Origin: an uncultured Christensenella sp.
Lineage (GTDB): Bacteria > Bacillota > Clostridia > Christensenellales > UBA3700
Assembly: GCA_949287655.1 (NCBI GenBank)
Contig: CASEHD010000006.1
Span: forward strand, 9,126 to 73,125
Length of the DNA: 64,000 nt
Direction of reading: 5' to 3'
The stretch's first letter is position 1; each line of letters opens with the position of its first letter. Below, piece by piece: positions 1 to 10,149 of this stretch. The notes beneath the pieces are model-generated. The model ran no database searches. It saw only the letters and a list, made by a program, of their open reading frames with translations, and was not told the origin of the DNA. A program made the translations under genes and the position numbers.

Positions 1-15
1 CTGCGGATTTTCGGT

Positions 16-53
16 AAATTTTCCTGCCCGTGTAAGTTAAAAGCGGTTTATGT
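16..53. repeat. 38-nt intergenic repeat, copy 1 (copy 2 at 38112-38149)
   Basis: aaattttcctgcccgtgtaagttaaaagcggtttatgt versus aaattttcctgtccgtgtagtttaaacgccgtatatgt; both lie upstream of membrane-protein ORFs. Confidence 0.5.
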
Positions 54-104
54 TATCTTAAAACGCCGCGAATATCCCGTTGAGTCAAGGGATATACTTA
101 TAGT

Positions 105-605
105 ATGACAAAAAAAGGATCCGCCGTCTTTTTCACCGTCGGCGCGCTGTTTACTCTTATATCGGGCTCCGTCGGGCACTTCTTTTACGAATGGTCGGGA
201 GAGTCCCCGATAGTCGGGATTTTCTTCCCTGTAAACGAAAGCGTATGGGAACATATGAAGCTGACTCTTTTGCCGACCGCTCTGTACCTCGGGGTCGCGG
301 CGTTCATGGTACGCGGCAAAAACTATGCTCTTTCCTTCTTCCTCGCGCTGTTTATAAGCGCGGCGCTGATTCCCCTTTTATTTTACAGCTATACCGGAAT
401 AACCGGCAGGTCGATCCTCGCCGTCGACATCGCGGTGTTCTTCTTTTCCGTGCTTGCGGGCTACGCCGCCGCTTTCGTCGCGTACAACTCCTCTCCCCGC
501 CCGATCCTGAACGAGCTGGCGATACCGGGCATAATAGCGATCGCGGTATGCTTTTTCGCTTTCACCGCTTTTCCGCCCGACTTTATACTGTTCAGAGAAC
601 CGTAG
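105..605 (+). CDS. hypothetical polytopic membrane protein (166 aa)
   Basis: Uninterrupted ORF with several hydrophobic segments; no family recognised with confidence; weak RBS. Confidence 0.55.
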   Translation: MTKKGSAVFFTVGALFTLISGSVGHFFYEWSGESPIVGIFFPVNESVWEHMKLTLLPTALYLGVAAFMVRGKNYALSFFLALFISAALIPLLFYSYTGITGRSILAVDIAVFFFSVLAGYAAAFVAYNSSPRPILNELAIPGIIAIAVCFFAFTAFPPDFILFREP

Positions 606-722
606 GTCTGCGGTCGGCGTCTTTTCCCTTTCCCGTTCTTCTTTCTCCGTCCGCGCTTGCCGCGCGCTGAAACGACAAAGAAAGAGTTCTCCTTTCCCTT
701 TCCTTATCGGATCGATATCCCG

Positions 723-2345
723 TTATCTGGTAAGATACGCGAAGCAGTCGACATACCCGACCCCGCTTTCAGAATAAGCGCTGTAAGATATCAGATATCC
801 TCCCGACACCTCTCCGATATAATTCGGCGCGGAAGTCATCTCTTTCAGAACGCTCTTTGTCGTCGCGTCGTAAAGCTTATATGAGTTCGCTCCGTTTACA
901 ACGATGAAGCCCGGGCATATCTCCGTCAGATTGCTCGATTTGCAAAGCGCCTCTTTTTCTCCGCTGATTCTGTCGTAAGCATAGATATAACCGTCGCCGG
1001 AGTAGTGGTTTTCAGTATAGTAATAGATGTAATTCTGCCAGTAATTTGCCAGTAGAAAGCCTTCTCCGCCGACCTCTTTGAGCGAAAGTATCTTGCTTCC
1101 GTCCGCGTCGTAAACGGTCGTGCCGTCCGCGGAAACCATCACGCCGGAGACGGTTATCGCGGAGTAGTCGGCGTTAAGTTTGGATAACGGCGCGTCCAGC
1201 ACGCGCTCGTCGCCCTTATACACGACTATCCTCTCTTCGTTCTTAAACACTACGTATCCGGCGCCCGCCTCGTAACTTACTGCGCCCGGCATTATCGACT
1301 GAACGTCGACCTCAACTTCGAGATCCTCTCCGAATATCTGAAGCCCGGGATCGGACAGAGATCTGTCGCCGAGTATCTCAGAGCAGATACAGGACGTAAA
1401 GCCGCCGTCCTTGTCGTAATCTGCCGCCAAGATCACATAGCCGATGTCTCCCGCCTTTTTCGTCTTGTCTTTTGCGATATCGTAAATATACGTGTTCAGT
1501 CTGTACATCGACTCTCCCTGATAGAAGTCGTAACCCTTAGTCGTATTCGCGGGGAGCATCGCGATCTCCTGGATCGCTATCTTGTCGCCGGGAAGCACTA
1601 TGATCGTATTGTTTCTTGAAGCCGACCCGGACGAGCCCGTCACGGAAGAGACCGTGACCGTTCTGCCGCCGGTAAAGCTGCCCTTGTCGAGCACGACAAA
1701 CGCGCTGTCGTCGGGAAAGAAATAGATATTATAATTTTCTGTCTCTGCAAGCTCGTCTGAAGAGTAACGGGAAAATGCGCTGTCTCTTTCCGACACCAGA
1801 TAATAAGACTCCCCGTCCTTTATTATCCTCTGCCCGCCGCCTATATCGATCGCGTCGCCGTCCTTTGCCTCTACGCTAATCGTATAGCGGGATGTGTTCG
1901 CGTCGAAATTCAGCATATCGCCGAAAGAAACGTCTGTCGCGAGCGCGCCGTCGGGAGTATAGAATGTGACGAAAGAACCCGCGTACCTTTCGACGACGCA
2001 GATGAACATCTCCGCCCACACCGTTCCGTCGCTGAACGTAAGCACGAAAGGCTCGTCCTTTCCGCTGTAAACGATCGCCTTTTTATCCGTATTGAATACG
2101 GTGTAAGTCGGCGAATAAAAACTCTCTTCCCTGAATATCAGATTTTTTGCGCCGGTATTGCCGCCGTTCTCTACGATATTACCGCCTTCCGCCGCGACGT
2201 ATATTTCGCCGGACCCGCCGCCGTTTTGCAAAGCCGCGTTCGCCAGCAGCGAAACGCCGGACTTATCCGAACACGCCGTTGCGAGCATTGCGAAAACGCA
2301 TATAAGCGCCGCGCATGCGACGGAAAACAAAAACTTCTTTTTCAT
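723..2345 (-). CDS. putative lipoprotein, paralog 1 of a tandem pair
   Basis: ATG at 2345 preceded by GGGAGGA; N-terminus MKKKFLFSVACAALICVFAMLATAC (lipobox); shares blocks such as YRLNTYIYDIAKDKTKK and VVYKGDERVLD with the neighbouring gene. Confidence 0.75.
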   Translation of the reverse strand: MKKKFLFSVACAALICVFAMLATACSDKSGVSLLANAALQNGGGSGEIYVAAEGGNIVENGGNTGAKNLIFREESFYSPTYTVFNTDKKAIVYSGKDEPFVLTFSDGTVWAEMFICVVERYAGSFVTFYTPDGALATDVSFGDMLNFDANTSRYTISVEAKDGDAIDIGGGQRIIKDGESYYLVSERDSAFSRYSSDELAETENYNIYFFPDDSAFVVLDKGSFTGGRTVTVSSVTGSSGSASRNNTIIVLPGDKIAIQEIAMLPANTTKGYDFYQGESMYRLNTYIYDIAKDKTKKAGDIGYVILAADYDKDGGFTSCICSEILGDRSLSDPGLQIFGEDLEVEVDVQSIMPGAVSYEAGAGYVVFKNEERIVVYKGDERVLDAPLSKLNADYSAITVSGVMVSADGTTVYDADGSKILSLKEVGGEGFLLANYWQNYIYYYTENHYSGDGYIYAYDRISGEKEALCKSSNLTEICPGFIVVNGANSYKLYDATTKSVLKEMTSAPNYIGEVSGGYLISYSAYSESGVGYVDCFAYLTR

Positions 2346-2618
2346 ATATCCTCCCTTTTTGAAAGACGGAGCGCGGTAACGCGGCGCCTTTCGCCGGCAA
2401 CGGAACAACCTCCGCCGGAAACTTACCACATTTTATTGTATCACCAGTCTTTATACGTGTCAACGGTGCGCGCAGATATATCGTCCTTTCTCGCGCCACA
2501 CCCGCGCGCCCCGCGGGCGGGTCCCTCATCCGCAAACAAATAGGGAAGGGTCTTTCCCCTTCCCTTAAAAGAATCTTTACCCGGGCGCGGCAAAACGCCG
2601 CGCGCAGCTTTCAGACCG

Positions 2619-4259
2619 TCAGCTTCTTTCAAGAACGTAGTGTACGTTTTCGTAAACCGCCGTATCGGAATTCTGCGCCGTGCCGATGAAAAGCAATCTG
2701 TCTTCGAGCACTGTCACATAGCCGTAGCCCGACGCCAGTCCGTCGACGATTTTTTCCATCGTCACGACGTCGTAAAGAGCGTAATCGGATCCGTCCTCGT
2801 TCGCGGCGAGCAAGAAGCCGTAACCGAGCAGTCTGCTGTCACCTGCCGCGGCGATCTTTTCGGAAAAGCCCGTCTTTTTATCATACGCATAATAATAGGT
2901 CTGAGAGAAAGACGTGTCGGGATCGAGTTCTTTTTTTTCGTAAATTATATAATTTTCAGCATAGTCGAGGCATTCGAAACTCAGCGCGTCCAGCTCGCTG
3001 AGCGAAATCAGATAAGAGCCGTCCGCATTATAAAGAGTCGAGCCGTCTGTCGAGACCATAATGCCCGAGTTGCCGAGATAGAGGCTGGCTGAGATCTTAT
3101 CCCTCGGGCAGTCCAACACGCGGTCGTCGCCCTTGTAGATCACCATTCTTTCGGAAGAATAGAATACGGTATACTCACCGCTGAACGTAATGTTCGTAGT
3201 TCCGGGAAGGATCTCTTCGATATCGAACGCGACGTTGAGTTTTTCGTCAAAGCCCTGCAGCTGCGGGATCCCGAGAGTCTTGTCGTCTCTTATTTTACCG
3301 GCATACATTATGCTTACGTTTGAAACATCGGTTATCGAATTGCCGAAGAACACGTATTCGCAATCCTTGACCTCTTTTGTCTTGTCTTTCTCAACATCGT
3401 AGATATAAGTTCTGACCTTATAATAAGTATCGTTTGCGTACAGATCGTAATCCTTGGTCGTGTTGTACGGCATGTAATCCATGATCTGTATCAACAGCTT
3501 GTTGTCGGGCAAAGCGAATATTCCGTTGTTTTCGGACGACAATCCGTAAAGCTCGACGAAGTTGACCGAGCGAATTAACGAAAGGTTGTTTTTATTAAGG
3601 ATATATACCGTGTTTCCGTCAGAATAATACGCATAATCGCTCATCATTTCCGCTTCGTTTTCTGTAAAAGGCGCGACCGCGGAATAATTCTTATCCTTTA
3701 CCGTATAGTTTCCGTTGCCGCCCGCGATGACCTTGCCGCCGCCGATATCAAGACCGCCCGCCGCGGAATAACGTCCGCCGGAAACGTAATAATTCCCGGT
3801 GAAAAGTCCGTCCGTATCGACCCCGTCGGTGATTATCCTTTCTCCGCTCATAAAGGTCGCGGTGATCTTTCCGTCCGTTCCGCTTTGCAGCGTGAAGAAC
3901 ACGTCGTCCCAGATAATGCCGCCGCCTGAAAGTCTGAGCAGATAAGGGCGATCTTTTCCCGAATAGAGAGCCTTATTTGTCTTAGCGTCCACGACGTAGT
4001 AGACCGTCTCCTGTCCCGTGTCTCCCACCGTCACAGAGCTCATGATCAGATAATTGCTTTCTGTCGAATAGTCAACGACGTCGTAATCTCCGACGTTCAG
4101 CTTCGTCGCTTTCGCCGCGCCGTAATCATTCTCTCTTTCGACCCCGGCGTTTACTTCGGACACGCTGACGTAGCCCGTCTTTGAACACGCCGTGAGAAGT
4201 ATGCCGAAAGTGGCAATTATCAACACGGACGCAATAATTGTCAAAATTTTCCTTTTCAT
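2619..4259 (-). CDS. putative lipoprotein, paralog 2 of a tandem pair
   Basis: ATG at 4259 preceded by AGGAGGA; MKRKILTIIASVLIIATFGILLTAC lipobox; YKVRTYIYDVEKDKTKE and VIYKGDDRVLD blocks colinear with paralog 1. Confidence 0.75.
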   Translation of the reverse strand: MKRKILTIIASVLIIATFGILLTACSKTGYVSVSEVNAGVERENDYGAAKATKLNVGDYDVVDYSTESNYLIMSSVTVGDTGQETVYYVVDAKTNKALYSGKDRPYLLRLSGGGIIWDDVFFTLQSGTDGKITATFMSGERIITDGVDTDGLFTGNYYVSGGRYSAAGGLDIGGGKVIAGGNGNYTVKDKNYSAVAPFTENEAEMMSDYAYYSDGNTVYILNKNNLSLIRSVNFVELYGLSSENNGIFALPDNKLLIQIMDYMPYNTTKDYDLYANDTYYKVRTYIYDVEKDKTKEVKDCEYVFFGNSITDVSNVSIMYAGKIRDDKTLGIPQLQGFDEKLNVAFDIEEILPGTTNITFSGEYTVFYSSERMVIYKGDDRVLDCPRDKISASLYLGNSGIMVSTDGSTLYNADGSYLISLSELDALSFECLDYAENYIIYEKKELDPDTSFSQTYYYAYDKKTGFSEKIAAAGDSRLLGYGFLLAANEDGSDYALYDVVTMEKIVDGLASGYGYVTVLEDRLLFIGTAQNSDTAVYENVHYVLERS

Positions 4260-4448
4260 TTTTTTCCTCCTTTTTCTCGCGGGTATCTCCCGCGCCCCTG
4301 CCGCAAAGCCGATTCCCCGCACCTCTCGTTTCAGTATATGCGGCGTCTTTTGCGGTCTTTTACAATGTCATTTTACCATATTTCGCGCATTTGGTCAATA
4401 TTGTGTTTTCAGCCGTTCACTCTTCCCTTTTACCAAATACCCCTCGTA

Positions 4449-4603
4449 TACCGGCCCAGAATAATACGAACAAGCCCTGAGGCGCGCCTTTTATGCGTTT
4501 TTTAGCGATTCTCACTTGAAAATATTATATTATCAAGGCATTTAACGCAGTAGCTACGGAAATTTGCCGCTTTAAACCGGGTTCGTATTATTCTGGTCTG
4601 GTA
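4449..4603 (+). mobile_element. MITE-like element, copy A (155 bp)
   Basis: Terminal inverted repeats taccggcccagaataatacgaac / gttcgtattattctggtctggta; flanked by TA on both sides; homologous to copies at 28726, 39970 and 47870. Confidence 0.8.
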
Positions 4604-4673
4604 TACGGCAGATTCATATGAACTTCTTTTTTTGTTATCTAAGTATTGCACTTGAAAGTATAATTCACCAAGG

Positions 4674-4700
4674 CGCAAAAAAAGAGGGCGCTTGCCCTCT
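4674..4700 (-). terminator. intrinsic terminator downstream of ktrA
   Basis: Hairpin agagggc-gctt-gccctct followed by a T-run on the minus strand. Confidence 0.65.
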
Positions 4701-4737
4701 TTTATAACGTCTTTTGCCTCGTTTTTGCACCCTCTGT

Positions 4738-5421
4738 TTACGAAAGTCTTGAACCCAACGCCCCTATGTCGTCCATATTGCCGCCGACGATGAGTTTGCT
4801 GCCTTCAGTCAGCACGGTCGCGCCGTAAGGATTCGCGTTGACTTCGCCCGTATTGCTTATCACGACCAGCACGTTGACCGCGTATTTGTTGCGAATATCG
4901 AGGTCGGCGAGCGGCTTTCCTATCCACTCCTTGGGAACTTCTATCTCCGCCAGACCGTAGCCGGACGCGATCTCTATCAGGTCGTTTATCTTCGGATGCG
5001 TGAGTATACGCGCCGTCTTTAACGCGGTGTCCGCCTCCGGGATCACGACGTAGTCCACGCCTATCTTCTTCAAAACCTTGGCGTGGTTGCTGTTCTGCGC
5101 CTTCGCGACGATATAATTGACGCCCATCTCCTTGCATATCAGCGCGGTGATCAAAGACGCCTGTATGTTGTCGCCAATCGCAATAATGACCGCGTCGAAA
5201 TCGGTTATTCCGATGGATTTGAGGTTGCTCTCTTCAGCAACGTTGGTCGCAACGGTATGAGTCGCGAAATCGGCTACCTCGTATGTCTTCTCTTCGCTCT
5301 CGTCGACCGCGAGCACCTCGCAGCCGTAGTTGTAAAGCGCCTTCGTGACTTCGGTGCCGAATCTGCCTAAGCCGAGCACCGCGACCTGTTTCATATTCGA
5401 TTTGGGCAATTTGTTTTCCAT
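4738..5421 (-). CDS. ktrA: potassium uptake protein, RCK/TrkA-type NAD-binding subunit
   Basis: VAVLGLGRFG Rossmann motif, about 225 aa with TrkA-N plus TrkA-C layout; RBS GGAGGAG; directly downstream of the ktrB-like gene. Confidence 0.85.
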   Translation of the reverse strand: MENKLPKSNMKQVAVLGLGRFGTEVTKALYNYGCEVLAVDESEEKTYEVADFATHTVATNVAEESNLKSIGITDFDAVIIAIGDNIQASLITALICKEMGVNYIVAKAQNSNHAKVLKKIGVDYVVIPEADTALKTARILTHPKINDLIEIASGYGLAEIEVPKEWIGKPLADLDIRNKYAVNVLVVISNTGEVNANPYGATVLTEGSKLIVGGNMDDIGALGSRLS

Positions 5422-5433
5422 AACTCCTCCTGC

Positions 5434-6795
5434 TTACAAGATGATTCCCGCTTCGGGATATTTGACGTGCGCCTGCGCCTTTACGCTGGACGAGAACGCC
5501 ATGAAGAAACCGAACGAGCCGATTCTTCCCATATACATATTCAGCGACAATATCAGCTTCGCGCCGGTATTCAGAGACGGGGTTATACCCTCGCTCAGAC
5601 CGACGGTCGCGTATGCGCTGACCTGTTCAAACAAAAGCTGAGACATCGGAAATCTGCCCTGCATGCATATTTCCAGTCCCATAAGGCTGATGATCGCGAC
5701 GGATACGGCGAGAGTAAATATCGTCGCCGCCTTCGCCAGAGTTTCTCTGCCTATGCTGTGCATATCTATTATTATTTCTTTCTTCTGCCTTATCGTCGCG
5801 TAGACTGTCGCGAGCAGCACGAAGAGGGTAGTCGTCTTTATACCGCCGCCGGTACCGCCCGGACACGCGCCGACAAACATCCATACCACGGTGACCGTCT
5901 TTGAAAAATCCGTCATCGCCGCCTGATCGAAAGAGGCAAAACCCGCCGTCCTCGCCGTTACCGACTGGAAGAACGCGTTTGCCAGCTTGTCGCCGAAACT
6001 CATCTTGCCCAGCGTCCCCGGGTTGGAATACTCCGCCGCAAATATACACAGAGTGCCGACCACGATCAGTACGAGCGTCGTAGGAAGCACTACCTTTGTG
6101 TGAAGCTTAAGCCTGCGCCAGCTTCCCGCGCGGAAAATGTCGCTTACGACCACAAAACCTATACCGCCGATGATGATGAGAAGCGCAAGAACTATCAATA
6201 TATATGGATCGGAATTGAACATCTGCACGGACGAAGAGCCGCTTACTATGTCAAACCCGGCGTTGCAGAACGCGGTTATGCTGTGGAAAAGCCCGTACCA
6301 GAGAGAGGTCCCGAAATCGTAATACCTTGAAAATCCTATCGCGAGAAGCATCGTGCCGGCAAGCTCCGCCGCGGCGGTCAGCTTTATAACGTCCATCGTA
6401 AGCTTCCTTAAATCCGCCATGCCCGGCTGCGAAAGGTCTTCTCTCATGCTCAGACGCTTTCTCAGAGATATCTTATGTTTTATCATAATATATACGGAAG
6501 AGGTCAGCGTCATGAAGCCCAGTCCGCCCAGCTGTACCAATAAAAGCACGACTACCTGACCGAATACTGTAAATTCGTCGTGAAGGCTTACCGCAGAAAG
6601 ACCTGTGACGCAGGTCGCGCTGGTTGCGGTGAACAGAGCGTCGATAACAGACAAAGACCCGGACTGCTTTGTCGCGCACGGCAAAAGAAGAAGTGCCGTT
6701 CCGACGACAATGATCACGAAAAAGCTCAGCATTACGAGCCTTATCGGAGTAAACACCCTGTCTTTGATGTTTTTAACAAACCGTTTTGTATCCAT
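5434..6795 (-). CDS. ktrB: TrkH/KtrB-family potassium transporter membrane subunit
   Basis: 453-aa polytopic protein with repeated pore-loop-type GLS/GFD/GG(G)IK motifs typical of the TrkH/KtrB family; operon with ktrA. Confidence 0.85.
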   Translation of the reverse strand: MDTKRFVKNIKDRVFTPIRLVMLSFFVIIVVGTALLLLPCATKQSGSLSVIDALFTATSATCVTGLSAVSLHDEFTVFGQVVVLLLVQLGGLGFMTLTSSVYIMIKHKISLRKRLSMREDLSQPGMADLRKLTMDVIKLTAAAELAGTMLLAIGFSRYYDFGTSLWYGLFHSITAFCNAGFDIVSGSSSVQMFNSDPYILIVLALLIIIGGIGFVVVSDIFRAGSWRRLKLHTKVVLPTTLVLIVVGTLCIFAAEYSNPGTLGKMSFGDKLANAFFQSVTARTAGFASFDQAAMTDFSKTVTVVWMFVGACPGGTGGGIKTTTLFVLLATVYATIRQKKEIIIDMHSIGRETLAKAATIFTLAVSVAIISLMGLEICMQGRFPMSQLLFEQVSAYATVGLSEGITPSLNTGAKLILSLNMYMGRIGSFGFFMAFSSSVKAQAHVKYPEAGIIL

Positions 6796-6859
6796 AATCT
6801 TCGACTTAAGCCGAAAACTCTCCTTTCTTTTACGCGCTTACGCGCGCCAAGTCATTCAT

Positions 6860-6887
6860 ATTATACTATATTTTCAAGAGTTTGCAA
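6860..6887 (-). promoter_or_regulatory. sigma-A-type promoter for ktrBA
   Basis: Minus strand reads TTGCAA-16 nt-TATAAT. Confidence 0.5.
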
Positions 6888-7090
6888 ACTTTTTTTGCAG
6901 CCGCTCCTTTCCTACACCGTTTTTTTGCGCTTTTTTCCGTCTTTTTTACGCGTTTTTCGCAACACGTATTGAGTTATTCGCCTTTCTCTTTTTTTTGTTC
7001 TTTTTTCATTTTCTTTTTTTTCGGCGTTTATCGGCGCGGTTTTCGCCCCTTTTTCCGCATTATTTTAAGCCGTTTGCAAAAACTGATAAT

Positions 7091-8452
7091 ATGAAACGCT
7101 TTTTATCCTGTCTCACCGCCGCGGTATTGCTGTGCTTTTGCCTTTCCTTGTGCTCCTGCTCTTCCTTCTGCCCTACCTTTCCGGAAATAAGCGACAACTA
7201 CGAAAACCTCGCAAAAAGCGCGAAAATAACGCGCGTATCCGACGGCGAATACCTTATCGATTTTAAAAAGACGGTTACGTTGAACCGCCTCGTGCTCAGA
7301 GAAAGCACGGACGGCGCGATCTCTTTCTCTCTGCGCCTTCCCGGTTCTCCTTCCCCGTTTTACGGCAACGACTTTATCGGAAAATACCGCTACTGCTCTT
7401 TTCCCGCCGTCACTACGGACAGGATACTTCTTTCCGCGGTTTCAGAATGCGCGCTTTCTTTTTCCCGCCCGGAAGCATATTATATCCCGTCTTCCGTTCT
7501 CTCTTCTTTTTCCGTATATTCGTACATCACCGCAAAAGCCGCCTTTCTTATGGACGACGCCGAAAACCCGTCCGACGTGTTCGACATAATCTATTCCGCA
7601 TATATCGACAAAGACGGCGATGTCCGTCTGCCCGCTTACTACATCGGCGGCAAAAAGATCGCGGGCGAAACCGTGCTCTCTGCCGCCGTCTCCAATATCC
7701 GCGCCGCGTTCCCCCGCGCCAGAGTGCTCGCGACGATACTCGGTGACCGCGAATTCGACGACGACGGGCTTAATTTGCAGCAGCGGTATTCTTCCGCATT
7801 TTCAAACAGAGACGCGCTGTCATTATCTCTTCTCGATCTCGTCTCTTCATACGGGCTGGACGGGATATCTTTCGACTACGAATACCCGGTTTCGGAAAGC
7901 GACTTTTCGCTTTTTGCGGATTTCTGCGCTCATTTCAGAAACGTTCTGCCGAAAGACAAACAGCTGACCGCCGCCGTCAGCGCATGGTGCGTGGACGGGT
8001 CGCGCCTTGACGCAGACTCTCTCTCTTGTTTCGACCGCGTCACGCTGATGGCGTACGATACCCCCGACTCCCGCGGCTGTCACTCGACTTTTTTCAGCGC
8101 GTATTCCCAGCTCCTGCGTCTTAAAAAAGAAGGGGTCCCCCTCTGCAAAATATCGCTGGGAATCCCTCTCTACTCCAAACCGCTCGACGGCTCTTCCTCC
8201 GCCCTGTCTTACGCCGACTACGCCGACGTCCTGCCTTTTTTCTGCAACGTCGCTGCCGCCGACTGCGACGGCAAAGTCAGACAATGTTATTTCAACGGCA
8301 GACAACTCGTTTCCGATAAGTCCTCTCTCTCCGGCGATATAGGTCTCGCCGGAGTCTCCGTATGGCACTATTCCCTCGACAGCGCCGACCCGGCGCTCTC
8401 CCTTATCGCAACAGCCTACCGCGCAAGCGGCCGCGGGCAGACAGCCATGTAG
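7091..8452 (+). CDS. glycoside hydrolase family 18-like lipoprotein
   Basis: ATG at 7091 gives MKRFLSCLTAAVLLCFCLSLCSC signal/lipobox; LDGISFDYEYP resembles the GH18 DxxDxDxE catalytic motif (middle D replaced by S). The upstream 6605-7090 part of the ORF is open only because it is T-rich. Confidence 0.7.
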   Translation: MKRFLSCLTAAVLLCFCLSLCSCSSFCPTFPEISDNYENLAKSAKITRVSDGEYLIDFKKTVTLNRLVLRESTDGAISFSLRLPGSPSPFYGNDFIGKYRYCSFPAVTTDRILLSAVSECALSFSRPEAYYIPSSVLSSFSVYSYITAKAAFLMDDAENPSDVFDIIYSAYIDKDGDVRLPAYYIGGKKIAGETVLSAAVSNIRAAFPRARVLATILGDREFDDDGLNLQQRYSSAFSNRDALSLSLLDLVSSYGLDGISFDYEYPVSESDFSLFADFCAHFRNVLPKDKQLTAAVSAWCVDGSRLDADSLSCFDRVTLMAYDTPDSRGCHSTFFSAYSQLLRLKKEGVPLCKISLGIPLYSKPLDGSSSALSYADYADVLPFFCNVAAADCDGKVRQCYFNGRQLVSDKSSLSGDIGLAGVSVWHYSLDSADPALSLIATAYRASGRGQTAM

Positions 8453-8673
8453 TCTTCTCTGCGCGTAAAAGGTAACGGCAATAATAAAACGTCGCGACAA
8501 CTATGCCGGATCGTATTTCTGATTTTCCGATTTTTTGGCAAAAGCGCAGAAGAACTCCGCCGGGTCTGTAAGGCAAAGAAAAAGCATATCGGTCGGAACA
8601 AAATGTTGCTGCATACGACAGCGACTCTTGCCGTCGGTCGCAGCCGCGGTACGGCAGCCGACCAAAGCTCCCG

Positions 8674-10149
8674 TCACACGGGCAGACGTTCGTCGCCGCA
8701 GACTACGGTTTTGGTTTCTTCCGGCGCGGCTTCCGGCACAGGAGTCACCTTGCCGTCGTTGGGCACACCCTTCTTTTCGTAGACCAGTTTTATCGGATTA
8801 TCTGCGCCCGAACGCAAAGTTTTCTTTATCACCTTATGCATTATCACGAAATACGCAATCAGCAGGAAGACATCCGCGCCGACCCACGCCGACGGGCTTG
8901 AAAAACATACGCCGGTAAACCCGAACCACTTGGCGAGGAATATCGACGCGAGAGATCTCATCGCGAGCTCCGTCGCGCCGGCAATCATCGTCAGCGCGCT
9001 TCTGCCCATACCCTGCAAAGCGTTGCGGTAGACGAATATCGCCGCGAGCGCGATATAGAACACCCCCTGCCAGAGCAGAAATTCTTTGCTCATCGCGATT
9101 ATCTCGTCGGACGGGTCTTCCACGAAAAGTCCGGTCAGCGGCTTCGCGAGCGCAACGACGAAAACGAGACTGAATACCGCGCAGACTGCGCCCATGATCA
9201 TGCTCTGCGTAACGCCGTCCTTTATCCTCTTGAATTTGCCCGCGCCGTAATTCTGTCCCGCATACGTCGCGACCGCGGTGCCGAGAGCCGCCATGCTCTG
9301 CTGTGCGAGGTTATCTACCTTAGACGCCGCCGTATACGCGGTGACGACCCGGGTGCCCAGTTTGTTCAGCGCCGTCTGCTGCACCATCATACCTATCGCG
9401 GTTATCGAATATTGAAGAGCCATGGGCACGCCTATCGCCAGATGCTGCAGATAAAAAAGCGGCTTGTTCAGAAAATGCCGCGCCTTCACCCTGCAAACGG
9501 GGAACTTCACGAACATATATACGAAACACCCGATCGCCGAAAGCGCCTGCGACAGCACGGTCGCCCAGCCCGCGCCTTCGACGCCCGTACCCAATCCGAG
9601 TATGAACGCGAAATCGAACGCAACGTTGAGAAGCGCGGCGAGTATCAGGAACACGAGCGGGGTCTTGCTGTCGCCTAGCGCGCGCAGTATCGAAGAAGCA
9701 AGATTGTAAAACACGCTCGCCGCCAACCCCCAGTATATCGTCACTATGTAGTCGTAAGAATATCGGATTATGTCGTCGGGCGTCTGCATCAGCCTCAGAA
9801 GCGGCATCGTCGTGAATACGCTGATAAACGTGAGTATCACGGACAGCACGACGGAAAGAGCGACCGAACTGGCGACGCTTCTCTTTATTCCTTCCGTATC
9901 GCCCGCGCCGCAAAGCTGACTGGTCTTGACCGCAAAGCCTGCGGTAAGCCCCTGAACGAAACCTATCACCAGAAATGAAATGGCTCCGGTCGCGCCGACG
10001 CCGGCAAGCGCGGCGTCCGAAATCGTATGCCCGACGATGATCGCGTCGATCATGCTGTAAAGCTGTTGGAATACGTTGCCCACGAATATCGGCAACGTGA
10101 AAAACAAAATACTTTTGAACGGTCTCCCTACCGTCAGATCCTTAGTCAT
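8674..10149 (-). CDS. MATE-family efflux transporter
   Basis: N-terminus GRPFKSILFFTLPIFVGNVFQQLYSMIDAIIVGH and a 12-TM layout typical of MATE; GAGGG RBS; hydrophilic C-terminal tail. Confidence 0.85.
   Translation of the reverse strand: MTKDLTVGRPFKSILFFTLPIFVGNVFQQLYSMIDAIIVGHTISDAALAGVGATGAISFLVIGFVQGLTAGFAVKTSQLCGAGDTEGIKRSVASSVALSVVLSVILTFISVFTTMPLLRLMQTPDDIIRYSYDYIVTIYWGLAASVFYNLASSILRALGDSKTPLVFLILAALLNVAFDFAFILGLGTGVEGAGWATVLSQALSAIGCFVYMFVKFPVCRVKARHFLNKPLFYLQHLAIGVPMALQYSITAIGMMVQQTALNKLGTRVVTAYTAASKVDNLAQQSMAALGTAVATYAGQNYGAGKFKRIKDGVTQSMIMGAVCAVFSLVFVVALAKPLTGLFVEDPSDEIIAMSKEFLLWQGVFYIALAAIFVYRNALQGMGRSALTMIAGATELAMRSLASIFLAKWFGFTGVCFSSPSAWVGADVFLLIAYFVIMHKVIKKTLRSGADNPIKLVYEKKGVPNDGKVTPVPEAAPEETKTVVCGDERLPV

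Noticed and set aside
6605-7090. N-terminal 162 codons of the 615-aa ORF
   Set aside because: This T-tract array is read through by chance. The true start is the ATG at 7091, which gives a lipoprotein signal peptide.
6796-7090. c-di-AMP (ydaO-type) riboswitch, expected upstream of ktr genes
   Set aside because: The minus-strand leader between the predicted promoter and the ktrB start is only about 60 nt. It shows none of the conserved ydaO blocks.
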